64,000 bases of DNA, taken from the NCBI GenBank assembly GCA_965644315.1, contig CBFFRQ010000031.1:310001-374000 (forward strand). The letters run 5' to 3'. Every line of letters starts with the position of its first letter. The stretch's first letter is position 1. The stretch is from Caecitellus pseudoparvulus (Eukaryota > Protista > Bigyra: Bicosoecida). The position numbers and the translations under genes are program-made. Positions 22,388 to 34,971 of this stretch are shown piece after piece. The notes under the pieces are model-generated. The model was not told where the DNA came from, ran no database searches, and was given only the letters and a program-made list of their open reading frames with translations.

Positions 22388-23281
22388 TTAACGGTTGGCC
22401 TTGGCCACGCGCTCGATCTCGTCCTTCTTCTTGATGGCAGCGCTGTTGATGGTGCCCTTGGAGCAGTTGATCACCTCATCAGCCAGGCACTCGGCGGCAG
22501 ACTTGATGGTGCGGAAAGAAGCGGCACGGGCGCCGTTGGCCATCAGGTACAGGGCCTGGTTGACACGGCGGAAGGGGGCCACATCCACAGCCTGGCGGCG
22601 CACGACACCAGCAGAGCCAATGCGAGTGGAGTCCTCACGGGGGCCACCGTTCACGACGGCGTTGACGAGCACCTGCAGGGGGTTCTCGTCGGTGAGCAGG
22701 TGGATGATCTCGAAGGCCTGCTGCACGATGCGCAGGGCAATCTGCTTCTTGCCGGTGTTGCGGGCCTTGAACATCAGCGCGTTCACCAGGCGCTCCACGA
22801 TGGGGCACTGGGCCTTGCGGAACTTCTTGACCTGGTAGCGGCCGCCAGTGTGGGGCAGGTACACAGCCTGGTCCATCTTCACGGCGATCCAGTCCTCCAG
22901 GGCGATGTCGCCGACCTCGACGTCATCGTAGGACCCTGTGGCGTGGGGGGAATGACGCGATGCAAGGCTGCTAAGCGTGGCAAGCGGCACAGGGAGCGCC
23001 CCCTGCTGCGCAATCGAGGCATGGCAAACGAGGGGAGGGGCAGGGCAAATTCCGCATCACACCGCCAGCGCCACCGAACACCCACGGCGCTTCACGGCAC
23101 TGGGCGAGATGTACACGGGCAGGGAGGGCTGTCATAGGTGCACAGCAGCCCTGACTGGCAGTGTCAGCCCCTCCCGCCACCTGCCCCACTCGCCCACACC
23201 AGCTGCTCCCACATGCTGCTCTAAGGACGGCCGCCGTCACTCACACTTGCCAAAGAGCTTGATGTCGGACTCGGCAGCCAT
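22388..23281 (-). CDS. RPS5: 40S ribosomal protein S5 (uS7), 194 aa
   Basis: Exons 23281-23245 and 22935-22388; [47 protein letters not shown]. Confidence 0.98.
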
Positions 23282-23617
23282 GGCTGAAACGGATGTAGGG
23301 TACGAGCACTACAACCACAAAGGATCAGAGGGTCAAGCTGCTGGGCGTTCACAAAAGTGCTGCGAGATGGGCATTTTGTGCACCCGTGGGGTCCATTTCC
23401 CGGTACGCGAATGATGCATTTTTGAGTTTTGCCAGTCCAGGAGCACCCCACGTGGCAACGCAACTATCCCAAGCCCAACAGACCCCACGCCAGACAGGCT
23501 GCGACGAACATCGGGTGCAGTGGTCCCCTGCATCGTCTTCCACCATTGAAAGGTTCACTTGAACCCAGTCCGTGGTGCGGCGGGGCGCGTTTCGGCGGCG
23601 TTTCGGGTACCTCGCAC

Positions 23618-24436
23618 ATGTCGGCCGAAGCACAAGACGCCAGGCGCCGGTCGTCCGTGGGGGACAGTGAATTCCAGTGCAACATCTGCCTGGAACCTGT
23701 TCAGGATGCAGTCGTGACACAGTGCGTCGTTCCCAGCGCCGCGAGGGCCTCGTAGCCGCTGGTGCACATCATATCCCTTCCACGCTTCCTTCCAGATGTG
23801 GACACTTGTACTGGTGAGCCTGCGCCTGCTCAGGCTGCAGTCATGTCACACCAAGCACTGTCAGCCTCCCTCCGTGGCAGCTGGGGCTGCCTGTACCAGT
23901 GGCTGAACATGGGCCGGCAGTCGTGCCCCGTGTGCAAGGCTGGCGTGACCCGGGAAAACATCATCCCGCTGTACACCAGTGGCTCCGGGGATAAGGCATC
24001 CCACCCAGCGTGAGGCCTGCGCAGTCATGTGTGCCTTGCGGCACCCCCCCTGCAGCTCTGCCGCCGTGCTCCCCCTCCCCGCAGATCCGCCGACCACGCG
24101 CCACAGGCAGCCAAGGCGACCGCGCCTGGCGCCGTGCCACCTCGGCCCACCGCCCCAAGACCAGCCCAGGCGGCAGAGCCGGCATCCTCCCCGCAGCCCA
24201 GTACACACACAGGCACACCAGGCCAGTGGGGCAACACGCAGGTGTTCATGGGCTTCGGGCTGTTCCCGTCCCTCATGGGGCTGCACTTCCACACGATGTG
24301 GGGGGGGGCCGGCACGCCTCCCCCCACCGGCGCCCCGCCCCAGCCCCAGTCCGAGGAGGAGCGCCACCGTGCACAGGCAGCCATGTTCATGCAGATGCTC
24401 GCCCTCGTCATCACCGTCTTTCTGCTCTTCTACTGA
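23618..24436 (+). CDS. RNF5/RNF185/RMA1-like tail-anchored RING E3 ligase
   Basis: FQCNICLE...TQ|CGHLYC|WGCLYQWL...CPVCKAGV...IIPLY; FMGFGLFP; C-terminal transmembrane helix; 18-nt micro-exon 23796-23813. Confidence 0.88.
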
Positions 24437-24457
24437 GCCAGCGCAGCCCAGGCACGC

Positions 24458-27400
24458 TCACTTCTTGCGGGCCAGAGTGCGCTGCTTCTCCGCGTGCACG
24501 ACCACTTTGTCTTGAGTCTGCAGACCCTTCCGGGTGCGGGAGGCATCCATGTACCGCCGGGCTGTGTTGCGCATGTGGGAGGCGGTGGCGGACAGCTCAA
24601 CCACAGAGGTGCCCTCGGGCGTCTCTTCACCCGCCCCTCGCAAGGAGAAGGGGTCGCTGTCAATCACCTGCCAGTGCGAGAACTGCATCTGGGGCGCAGA
24701 GGCGGCGCCAGACGTCGCATCCCGCAGGTCCTGTGCGAAGCCCAGGGACTCGTGCACTGGCAGGCGCGCGACGATGAGGAAGGTGGTGGTGCCAGAGATG
24801 ACGTCCTGGTGGTCCACCTCTCCCCGGCGCTTGCTCAGGATGGCGTACAAGTTCCCCAGCTGCTCCCCGCCCCCTGAGCGCCCCCCTGAGCACTGCAGCT
24901 CCGTGCGGTACACCGGCTCCACCAGCCGAGCCCCGTGCAGGGCCACACCGTAATGCAGCACAGCCCGCATGGCTGCCGTGGCAGCCAGGGCCACGGAGCC
25001 CATGGGCACGGCGCCTGCGGGAGGGATGTCGATGTCCGCCCCGGCGATGTCGGCGCACACCCGGAACAACGGCTCGGCGGTGATGGGGCCGCTGCGGCAC
25101 GCCAGCTCGAAGCCCTGCAGCAGAGCCGCCCGGATGCGTGGGTCGCGCAAGGCCAGCTCCCCTGGCCGGGCGCCGCTGCTGTCCCCCGCAGCGGGCACCT
25201 CCCCCGCCAGCAGTGGCGTCAACTGCGGCACCGCTGTAGCAGACAGCAAGCACGAGCCCGCCGCGTCCACGCCCAGCAGGCTTTGCAGGCGGGCTGGCCA
25301 GGCGGTGTCGGCTGCCAACACGTCCTCGTCAGTGGCCATGAGCTCCAGCGCCGCAGCGGCCTGCACTTTGGCTGCGTGTTCTGCAGCGGTGTCTGGCGCG
25401 GCCGCCTTGCCCCTTCGCCCACTGCGGGAGGACGCCACCAGCACCGAGGCGTGCTCCTGCACACCCTGCGCCACCTTCTCTGGAACCGGGGACAAGGCCA
25501 CGTGCAGGGTGACGCTGGGGCGAGGGCCGTCCGCACTGGCGCCGCCGTCCACGCCTATGGTGGACGTGGCACACAGACAGCCGACCTCCGCGTCCCAGCG
25601 CACCTCAGTGGAGGCCACAGACGCACTGACGCCAGCGACAGATGCTCCGGGGCACGGCAGGGCAGCCAACAGGCTGGGCGGGGCTTCGGGCAGGGACGCC
25701 CCTGTGGCCTTGTCGCCGCCTGCCGCCTTCTCCTCCTCGTCCCCATCGGCTGAGGGATCACTCGGCGTGGCAGCGGAGCGCAGGGCGGCGGCCCGGCGCA
25801 CCAGAGCGGCCCCCACGCCCCGCAGCGTGGAGGAGTTGGTGGCCAGGGTGATGGTCTCTCGGAACGCCAGGACGGGGGGTGACACCTCCACCTCCACCTG
25901 TGCGAAGCGCTTCACCAGGTCCTCCACGCAGTTGGCCAGGTGCAGCTCCCCCACCGCCGCCAGCTGCAACTCACCGTCCGCGGAGACGCCGATGGAGGCA
26001 CAGGGGTCGGCCTGGTTCAGGAGCTGCAGGCCCCGCTGCAGGGCTGGCATGTCCCCCACTGACTTGGCGCTGACAGTCACCTTCAGCAGGGGCGTGGACT
26101 GCGTGGGCATGCTGGCGAAGGAGGGGCACAGCGGGGACGTGCTCAGCGTCGCCTGCTTCATGAGGGAGCTGCTGAGCCCGGACAGGCACACGACGTTACC
26201 CGCGGGCACTCCAGGCAGCGGGTGCACATCCCGTCCCATCATCAGCCCAGGCTGCACGTGGGACTGCACGTGCACTGCCACGACATCGTTCAAGCACAGG
26301 GGCAGGCCTGGCCGGGCCTGCCCTGTTCCGGGTGGGGAGATTAAGAACAGCCGCTGCCCAGGCCGGATCGTGCCGGCAAACACCCGGCCAAAGGCGTAGA
26401 AGCGCTCCGTGCAGGCGGCGTGGGCTGCTTGCAGGGTTCGGAAGGAGTCCGTCATGCCTTCGTCCATGCAGGCCAGGGCCTCCTCCACAGGCACCTCGGC
26501 GTCCTCTTGGGAAGAGGGCAGGTCCAGCGCGGCGGCGACGTCCTGCACCTGCGCCGGGGTCAGGTGGCTGCTCTCCTCCTCTTGGTCTGACGGCGCCCTG
26601 GCCAGCTCCACGCCAGAGGGAGCTGGCTGGGCCACCAGCTTGGTGATGAACACCACAACTGGCGCGTCGTCAGAGCTGTCACACTCAGCGATGGCCTTGA
26701 TGACGGCCTCGCGCCGCGCCTGTGCCTCGGGCGGAGCGCCAGTCAGCGGCAGTGCGCCGCTGGCCACCCCCTTGCCCAGCAGGATGTCCAGGCGCTTTGC
26801 CTGCGCCTCGGCAGGGGACGGCAGGCACCGCGCCACCATGGACAAGACAGCCTTGGACAGCGGCAGCCATGCCCGCATGAGGGACTTCACCCGCGTGGCG
26901 CCTTCAGGGTGCTCCAGCGCCTCATCGGGAACGTCCAGGTTGAACGCCGCCACCACCTTCTGCATGCGCTTGACACTGGGGCGCAGCTGGGCCGCCGCGT
27001 ACACGCGCCAGATGGACGTCAGCACGTACTCCACGAACATGGGGGAGCGTTTGGAGTCGGGTCCGGCAGGCAGGAAGGTGCTGGTGCCCTTCTTCAGGGC
27101 GTGCGGGCCCCACAGGTGCCGCCGCAAGTCCCCCCGGGGCACTCCCAGCTTCTCGCTCAACAGCCCGGCGAAGTCGTCCAGGGAGAAGGCCCACCCCGCC
27201 CCTGCGCTGGCAAAGACGACGTTGCCCTTCGTGGGGGAGAAGAACAGCCGCCGCTCCTCACGGGCAGCGGCGTCGGTGCCGAAGGCCGCCAGGCCGCTGC
27301 CCGACCCCTCTGCCTCGGCAGCGTCCGCCACCTCGATCTGCCGGGCAGAGAGGAGGGAGGACGCCGCGACGTTGACGTGCTCCAGCACGCGCTGCATGCG

Positions 27401-28087
27401 GCTGTACGCGTCGGCTGGCGTCATGCCCAGCTCGGTGATGAGGCGGTCCACTTTGTTCAGCACGAGGCACGGCATGACGCCGTCCTCCCACGCCTGAGCC
27501 AGCACCGCGTGTGTCTGCACGCACACGCCTTCCACGACGTCCACCACCAGCACGGCACCGTCACACACGCGCACGGCAGTGGACACGTCGGCTGAGAAAT
27601 CCACATGCCCAGGGGAATCCACCAAGTTGATCAGGTACGGCACTGCCTTGGGCACGCCAGCCTCGCCTGCCTGCCGGAGCTCACGGTAGGGCACGTCTTT
27701 GTGCACCAGGGTGATGGAGCTCGCCTTCATCGTGATGCCACGCCGCTGCTCCTCCGGCCTGTGCAGGCACGCCAGAGAACAGTGTGCAGGTTCGAGAGGG
27801 CACGGTGGGCGGAAAGCGCAGGGCGCCACGCACATTGAGTCCATGTACCGCAGCTCGCCTGCAAGTTTGGACGATATGATGCCGTTTGACGTGATGAGTC
27901 CATCTGTCAGCCTGTCGTAGCGCCACAGCGGGGAGGGGAGGCCTGCAGCTCTCCGCTGAGCATGCAGCATTTTCCGCACTCACGTTGTCTTGCCGTGGTC
28001 CACGTGCGCCAGGATGCACACGTTTCGGATGTTCCGCTTGGACTTCTGGAGCTTCATCAGCACCTCTGTGGGTAGTTGATGGGCCAT
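24458..28087 (-). CDS. EFL1: Elongation factor-like GTPase 1 (Ria1)
   Basis: IRNVCILAHVDHGKTT|LTD, RGITMKASSI, DSPGHVDF, NKVDRL, LPVHESLGFA, HAEKQRTL; two short 5' introns. Confidence 0.9.
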
Positions 28088-28548
28088 GGTGCGCGCTGAA
28101 CCAGTGCCCCGTGCACAGCCGCCGTCCAACAACAAGTACCCGCCGCGCAGGCAAGCTGCGGCTGGCACACTCGCTGCAAAGAATGTGCCAAACAAGCGGC
28201 AGACAGGGACGCTCGCAGTTCCGTCAGTTTTGGCAAGACAGCGCAACAGCCTGGTGTGCAGGCGTCCCCCCTCCCAAGCTTGGTCTCCTGCACAAGAGTG
28301 ACTTCATGCTCTTCCCACCAGGAGGTGCTCAAGCACCTCAAGGCTGCTGGCTGCAGAGACCTTGCTTGAGCACAACCCACATTCACACCCAAAACTCAGT
28401 CCATCGGAAGGAGTCAGTCACCCAGTGCTCTTTCCCATTGCGTGTTGGGGCTGCCTATCCAGCCGACTTGCGTTGCGTCGCCTGCGCAAGTAGCTGCTGT
28501 AAGCCAGCGCACACCACACCACACCCGTCCACTGCGCGTGCGGTCGCC

Positions 28549-29985
28549 ATGAGCTTCCTTTCCAGCCTCTTTGGGGGCTTCGACATGGCCACATTCAAAC
28601 CTTCCCTAAAAATGTCTGCCAGGCACCTCAAGCTCGTGCGTTCGCTGCGCCGGCGGCCGTGGAGACAAGTCCGCGAAACGCGCGCACGCAGCTGGGAGGG
28701 CTACGCCCCGCCTCGGCACGCTCACGCGACACCAGACCATCCGCCCCTCCGTCACAGATGCGGTCAAAACGAATCGAAGGCGTGAAGAGTAGCAAACGAG
28801 AAATCGCGCTGCTCCTGCAAGCTGGTGAGCGGAGCGGTGCACCGTGCCCTGCTCTGGCTCCACAGCACCGTCGCCGTACTCTTGCCCTGCCCAGGGGAGT
28901 ACGAGAAGGCCCGAGTGAGAGTGGAGCCCATCATTCGGAAGGAGCATGAGCTGGACGCGTTCGAGATCCTGGAGCTCATGTGTGACCTGCTGCACGAGCG
29001 CTCCGCCGGCATCAAGATGGCGCAGACGCCACCCGCCGAACTGGCAGAAACGCTGCAGACGCTCATCTGGGCGACGCCTCGAGTGGCTGCGGAAATCACA
29101 GAACTGCGCACAGTGCTCACCCAGCTGCAGTACAAGTACGGCTCCAAGTACCTCCGCCACGTGCACGCGGCAGCAGAGGCAGCGGCCGCTGCGGCTCCCC
29201 CGCCCAATGTGCCGGAGGGCGTGCCTGCCCTGGCAGGCTTCGCCATGTCTGTCAATGGCCAGGTACTGCAGTACTTGAGGTTGGCAGCTCCACCTGTGGA
29301 GGAGGTGTCACGGTACCTGCGCCAGGTGGCAGAGCAGTACGGGGTGGGGCTGGACGAGGAGCGACTGCAGGAGGCGCTGCATAGCGCCTCTCTGCTGGGC
29401 AGATTCGCCACAGCGGCGCCCAAGGGGGAGGCAGTGCCAGCGGGTGCCCCAGCTGCCCTGTCAGTTCCAGAGGCTGGTGAGGGAGTGGGAGGGCCGCCTG
29501 CAGAGAGCGAAGAGGGTGATGGCAGTGGCGGAGGCGGTGGGTACTCTGCAGGCTACGATGACGGCTTCCGAGCTGCACTGGGAAAGTACGGGGGAGGAGG
29601 GCAGGAACAGGTCACCCTGCCACCCCAAGCTGCCCTCCCTTACCCGCCTGGGAGTGGCAGTGGGTTCCAGGACCCGTACGGGGCCAGCAGCACACCTGGC
29701 AGCTGCCAGCCGTACCCGTCCGCTGGGCATCCCGCTTCTCAGGCAGCCGCAGCGTCAACTGCACACTCAGCATTGGCGGGTGCCAGGTCCGATCTGCACG
29801 CGGGTGCGTCAGCCACGCCGGGCTTCCTGCCCACTGGCACTGGCCAGCCCTCCGCTGCGCCGTACCCGGAGGATCCCAGCGCAGCCAAGCAGGCTGCTGG
29901 CACAGGTGGCGGGCACGAGTCCACCCCCAGCTACGAAGACCTGGAAGCCCGTTTCAGGCAGCTGAAGGGCTCTTCCGGGCTGTAG
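28549..29985 (+). CDS. IST1: ESCRT-III-associated IST1 (3 exons)
   Basis: FKPSLKMS, KREIALLL, KARVRVEPII, EILELMCDLL; C-terminal MIM1-like YEDLEARFRQLK. Confidence 0.88.
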
Positions 29986-30000
29986 CGCCTTGGGCAGTGT

Positions 30001-30010
30001 GAATGCATTG
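30001..30010. terminator. Candidate bidirectional 3'-end signal GAATGCATTG
   Basis: Lies in the 34-bp gap between convergent IST1 and BYSL. Confidence 0.5.
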
Positions 30011-30019
30011 AGGCCTGCG

Positions 30020-31667
30020 TCAGAGGGTGACGTCGCCATCGCCATCCCGGCGGCGCACTGGCGCCACAGCGCTGGAGATGTACCCCGAGCTCACCTTGGC
30101 GCTGGCACCGGCGCCGGCGATGGTGGCTTCGCCCCTGCACGGCGCAGAGAAGAGCTCCCGCCGGATCTCTGCCGTGATGGCGGGGTGTGTGTGCAGCTTC
30201 ATGAGGCGCTTGAGGGTCTCCTTCTGGGCCCGTGTGACGTCAGCCTTGTACCGCTGCGCGAAGGACAGGAGGCCCTGGTGCCAGATGACGGGCAGTGGCG
30301 GCTCCACCTGCCCGAACTGGGCGAAGTGGTTCACCACGTCGTCGATGACGATGTAGGGCAGGGCGTACTTCTTGTCCACGAGGGCCTTGATCATGACGCT
30401 CTGCGCGCCGGAGTACCGCATGCGGGCCAGCTTCAGCATGGCCGCCGCAGAGTGTGGCTGTGGCACCTTGGCCTTGCTCAGGACGCTGGAGACGATGCGC
30501 GCCTCCCTCAGGCTGCAGTTGCCTTCCGCGGCGAGGGGCAGGAGGAGCCCCTTGTAGAAGGCGTCTGGCTTGAGGAGGGCCTTCTTCAGGGCCATGTACA
30601 GGTGGTAGTTCAGCTTCTTGTGCTCTGCGATGTCGTCCCGCACCGCCGGCATGAGGATGCTGAAGAAGAAGCGCTGGGCGCGCTTGCTGTCCAAGTTGCT
30701 CGCGAAGATGCGGGTGGCGGCGGCCGTGGCGTGGGGGGACCACGACTCAGGGCGCGTCAGGTACAGCAGCTCCTCCCAGTTGGGCATGCCGGGCAGGATC
30801 TTGAACACCTTGGGCAGGCGCCCCGACTTGTAGTGCTGCAGGAACTTGCCCACCTCAGCATACACCTCCAGCACCTTGGGGGGGATGCCACTGGCGCTGG
30901 CTCCTGCGCCGGCTCGGCCGCCGGACGCGGGGCCGCTCTCCACACCCCCTGGCGCGTTCTTGGCTGCCTCCATGGCTTCCAGTTTCTCCATGATGATGTC
31001 AGCCAGCGTGCGGCGGGTGGAGGCGTCCCCCGTCATGAAGCGCGCCACCATGCCCTCCTCCTCCTCGTCCTCCTCAACCTCCACGAAGTCCCCTGCCAGG
31101 GCCACGCCGTCGCCCAGCGCGCCGTCATCCCCGTCGTACACGTAGTCGTCGCTGGCGCCGGACACGCCCCAGCTGCCGCCGCTCGCCAGGGAGATCTGCC
31201 CCCCGCGCCCTGCCGCTGCGGCCTGTGCCGTCGCTGAGCTGGACAGCGGCCCCCCTGCGCTGGCTTGCGGGTGTGCCTCCGAAGCCAGTTCGTCCTGTTG
31301 TTCCCGTGCCAGGGCCATGATCTTGTGGGACAGGTCCGCCGGCACGGCACCGCCTTCATCCTCCAGGCCGCTGTCGTGATCATCTCCTGGGCGGTCCACC
31401 CAGGAGCTCCTGTCCAGGCCGCTGCGCCCCTTCTTGGCATCAAACTTGCCTTGCTTCAAGGCATTCATTTCATCCACCTCCTCCTGTGTCCGGACGAACT
31501 TGTCGGCCGCCATCTGCACACAGGGCCGCGGGGTGAGGGGTGCGTGCGGAATTTGGTCGGGACGAACAAGCGCTGCCACGCCAGTCGCCTGCTGCGCACT
31601 GGGGACGCACCTGCGCGCCCAGAGGGTCGTGTTTGGCCCTGTGCCTCCTCGTCCTGTCCTTGGGCAT
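30020..31667 (-). CDS. BYSL: Bystin / Enp1 pre-40S factor
   Basis: RHRAKHDPL N-terminus, TLADIIMEK, YKSGRLPKVFKILP, KLNYHLYMALKKAL, LPVIWHQ, EIRREL. Confidence 0.95.
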
Positions 31668-31959
31668 GTTTCCACGTGTTGGGTTTCCGGCTCAGGACAG
31701 GCCTGCCGTGACAAAGCACTGGGTTCCGGCCCTGCTCAGCGCTGCTGCTGCGAGGGGGCTGCAAGGGCGCTGGCAAGGGAACTGCACCGGGTTGGGCACA
31801 TTCCGAAGGTTACTTCTTCAGAGCGGGAGGGGCACGTGCAATGTGAATTGGCCGGGACCGCGCACCGCAGCATGACCCGCCTTGAGTCTGCAGCTGAGTT
31901 GTGACCTGTCACGCCACACACTGCCAGTATTTTCCAGCGCCTTGCCGTGGCACCAGGCC

Positions 31960-33228
31960 ATGGAGCACCGCATCGTTGCAGTGTTTGGGGCACCTGTGGG
32001 GCCAGGCCAGCTGGGTTGCTTGGAAGACGCCTCTGCCCGTGTCCTCAGCCTGCCCTTTCTCAGTGTGTGCGGCCGGCATTTGAAGCGGCCGGGCACTGGG
32101 CACTGAGCCTGCTTTGCCGCCTCGCAGGTGTACAGCGCAAGTTCTGCGTCACGAGCGGCGCCATCTTTGAGCTCCAGAAAGCAGTGCCGAAGAAGCCCCA
32201 GTCGTGGTTCGTCGGCGACAAGATCCACTCGGGTGAGGCGCTGCCCTCGATGTGATGCGGCCTCGTTTCAACAGAGTTTCACGCGCCTCCCCCTCCCCCT
32301 TGCTCCGCCCAGATGGCAGCATGTACTTGTTCACGCCCATGGACCCCCTGTTCCTTGTCATTGAAATCATCAGCAAGCAGCCACCCCACTTCTCCTTGCT
32401 TGACCAGTTGTTTTCGGGCGTGGGTGCCAGCGTGAAGCGCCCGTCGCCTGGGGTGGGAGCGCCCTCCTCCGCATCGTCCAGTGAAGCGTGGGAGGCAGAC
32501 GCTGCGACGTGGGCCCAGTCCGCCCTGCCAGGCATTGTGAAGCACTCCTTGCCGCTGGTCATGGACGTCAATGGTGTGTCGAGCCGCCGCCATTCCTGCA
32601 CTTGCACGCCGGCCCCACACAATGCTCCCCCCTCCCCTCAGAGTCCATGGGCGCTGACAACCCCACGTACCGCCTGAACGCGGACAAAGTGTGTCGATGG
32701 CTGCTGGCCAAGCTCCTGCGCCTTGCACGCCACCTGCAGAGCCACGGACCGGCCCCTGGTGACCAGCAGGCGGCAGGGCGTGCAGCTGGCTTCACGCTGA
32801 CAGGGACTGCCCAGGCGACGCCGCCTGAAGGGCCCTCCCCCGCCAAGGCCAGCGCCTCCTCGCCCTCGCTGCCTGCACGGCAGTTCCTGGAGGAGGCACT
32901 GGACCTGCTCTCGGAGTACGTGGGTGAGGAGCTGCTAGGGGCAGTGCGGCGGCGGAGTGGCCTGGGGGGGCAACCTGCCACCCCCAAGCCTGCATCGGCG
33001 CCGGCCCTCAGCAAGGCGGCAGCGTGGGCTGCTGCTGGCGCGGGGAGTGGCATCATTGACCCCAGCAAGTACCGGGGTGTGGCTGCTCCGAGTGCGACTG
33101 GTGAGGACAGGGGGACAAAGCGCAAAGCCAGCGGGCCAGTCTCAGTTGCTGCAAAACGCTTGGCCAAGACCGATACCCGTGGCATGAAGAGCATGACGAG
33201 CTTCTTCGCCAAGAAACCGCGCAAGTAA
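31960..33228 (+). CDS. RNASEH2B: Ribonuclease H2 subunit B (multi-exon)
   Basis: PQSWFVGDKIHS|DGSMYLFTPMDPLFL, YRLNADKVCRWL, C-terminal PIP-box-like GMKSMTSFF. Confidence 0.88.
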
Positions 33229-33566
33229 ACCTGTGGGGTGTGCGATTTCCGCACGTTCCACACAACACCCCAACAGGCAGAGGGCGGGGCAGGATCAAAT
33301 TCAATAACAACATCTCTCTCGTGCACCACTGAGAGGTCGCAGTGTGGGACAGGCATAGGCCATCGCTGTGCGCCGCCGCCCAGTGTCACCCCAGCGCATC
33401 TCGCCAGGGCGCCAGGTGTGCTGCACTGCATCACCACGCCGAGTCCTCCGCCGCGCGCTTTCCCCGCCCTAGGCGACCGAAGCAGCAAGGCTACTCCGGA
33501 CACCCGAGGAAAGTGCCCTTCCTTGTGTGCGCTCAGTCCCGCCTGCTCACCCAAGAGGAGTGCGCC

Positions 33567-34949
33567 ATGCGGACCCAATCTTCCCTGCTCGCAAGGTGCG
33601 GGTACGTGGCACTGGCGCTGGCCGCCTGCGCGACGCTCGCCGCTGGGGAGGTGCTGGAACTCACTGACGACAACCTGAACGCGACCATCGCCGAAAACGA
33701 ATACGTGTTGCTCATGTTCTACGCGCCCTGGTGCGGCGCCTGCCGGCGCTTCAAGCCCGAGTACGAGTGGGCCGACCAGGCGGCTGCGGAGCAAGGCCTT
33801 CCCCTGGTCTTTGCTCGCATGCACGCTGACGACTACGCCGACACGGCAGCCTCCTTCGGACTGTCACGGTTCCCCTCCTGGGTCATGTTCAACGGCTCCG
33901 TGCCCTCCCGCATCCACAACCCCTTCTCTGGCCCCGCCCTCATGACCCAGCTGCACTCCTACTTCGGCAAGCCCCTCACCAGCGCAGCCCGGGAGCTGCA
34001 CGGACTGGGCGGCACCACGGATTGGCTGTTCTGGCGCGGCAACGACTTCTCCACCCTGCAGTCCGCCGTCATGGCCTTCATCCCCGACCCGGAGCAGACG
34101 GGGGAGCCGCTGCACGACCCCGACGCCGCCGCCGCACTCGTGGCCGCCTTCCACGAAGCCAGCATCACCATGGTGGAGCGCATCCGCTTCGGGTGGACGT
34201 CATCCACAGACGTCCTCAAGGCGTTCCACCTGCCCACGGACCGCCCCGTCATCGCCCTGTACAAGGACTACGACGAGGGCAAGCAGCTGTACACGGCGCC
34301 TCGCAGTGTGGACAGCGCCAGTGACATCGCGGGCCACCTGGTGCACTGGGTGTCCCGCAACGACATCCCCCTGTCCACCACCATCGACCACTTCAACATC
34401 CGGCACCTGCAGCGCAACAAGAACATCATCGTGCACGTGTTCGTGCCTGAGGAGGTGTCGGAGCACCCCGTCACCAAGTCCCGCCTCGTGGAGGCCGTCT
34501 CCGCTGCCGTGCTGCCGCTGGAGGAGGAGGGCCTGTGGAGCCGGGGCGACGTCACCGTCGGCGTCACCAACGGGCAGAAGTACCACGGCTGGCTGACGCA
34601 GTTCGGCCTGGCCAGGGGGCGCTTCCCCTCCTTCGGCCTGTCCGACCCGGCCTCAGGGCGCTTCTTCGGTCACCAGCTGTCCCTGGAGGCTGAGGGCGAG
34701 CTGAACGTGGTGGAGGACCTCGTTACGCCCAAGGGCGACACGGCGCCCCAGAAGGTCGTCCTGCTGCCCAAGGAGGAGCTGCAGGCGTTCTTGCGCGGCT
34801 TCTTCGAGGGCAGCCTGACGCCGGCGCCGACACAGATGGAGCAGGTGCAGGCCGCCCTGCCAGACCACCCGCTGGCCGCCATGGCCATGATTGACGAGGC
34901 CAACAAGAAAGCAGCTGCAGAGGCCGAAGCGGCAGCTGAGTCGCAGTGA
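33567..34949 (+). CDS. PDI-family thioredoxin-fold protein (one catalytic WCGAC domain plus inactive domains)
   Basis: Signal peptide, VLELTDDN, MFYAPWCGAC. Confidence 0.85.
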   Translation: MRTQSSLLARCGYVALALAACATLAAGEVLELTDDNLNATIAENEYVLLMFYAPWCGACRRFKPEYEWADQAAAEQGLPLVFARMHADDYADTAASFGLSRFPSWVMFNGSVPSRIHNPFSGPALMTQLHSYFGKPLTSAARELHGLGGTTDWLFWRGNDFSTLQSAVMAFIPDPEQTGEPLHDPDAAAALVAAFHEASITMVERIRFGWTSSTDVLKAFHLPTDRPVIALYKDYDEGKQLYTAPRSVDSASDIAGHLVHWVSRNDIPLSTTIDHFNIRHLQRNKNIIVHVFVPEEVSEHPVTKSRLVEAVSAAVLPLEEEGLWSRGDVTVGVTNGQKYHGWLTQFGLARGRFPSFGLSDPASGRFFGHQLSLEAEGELNVVEDLVTPKGDTAPQKVVLLPKEELQAFLRGFFEGSLTPAPTQMEQVQAALPDHPLAAMAMIDEANKKAAAEAEAAAESQ

Positions 34950-34971
34950 CGCTGCTGCTAGAGGAATACAT

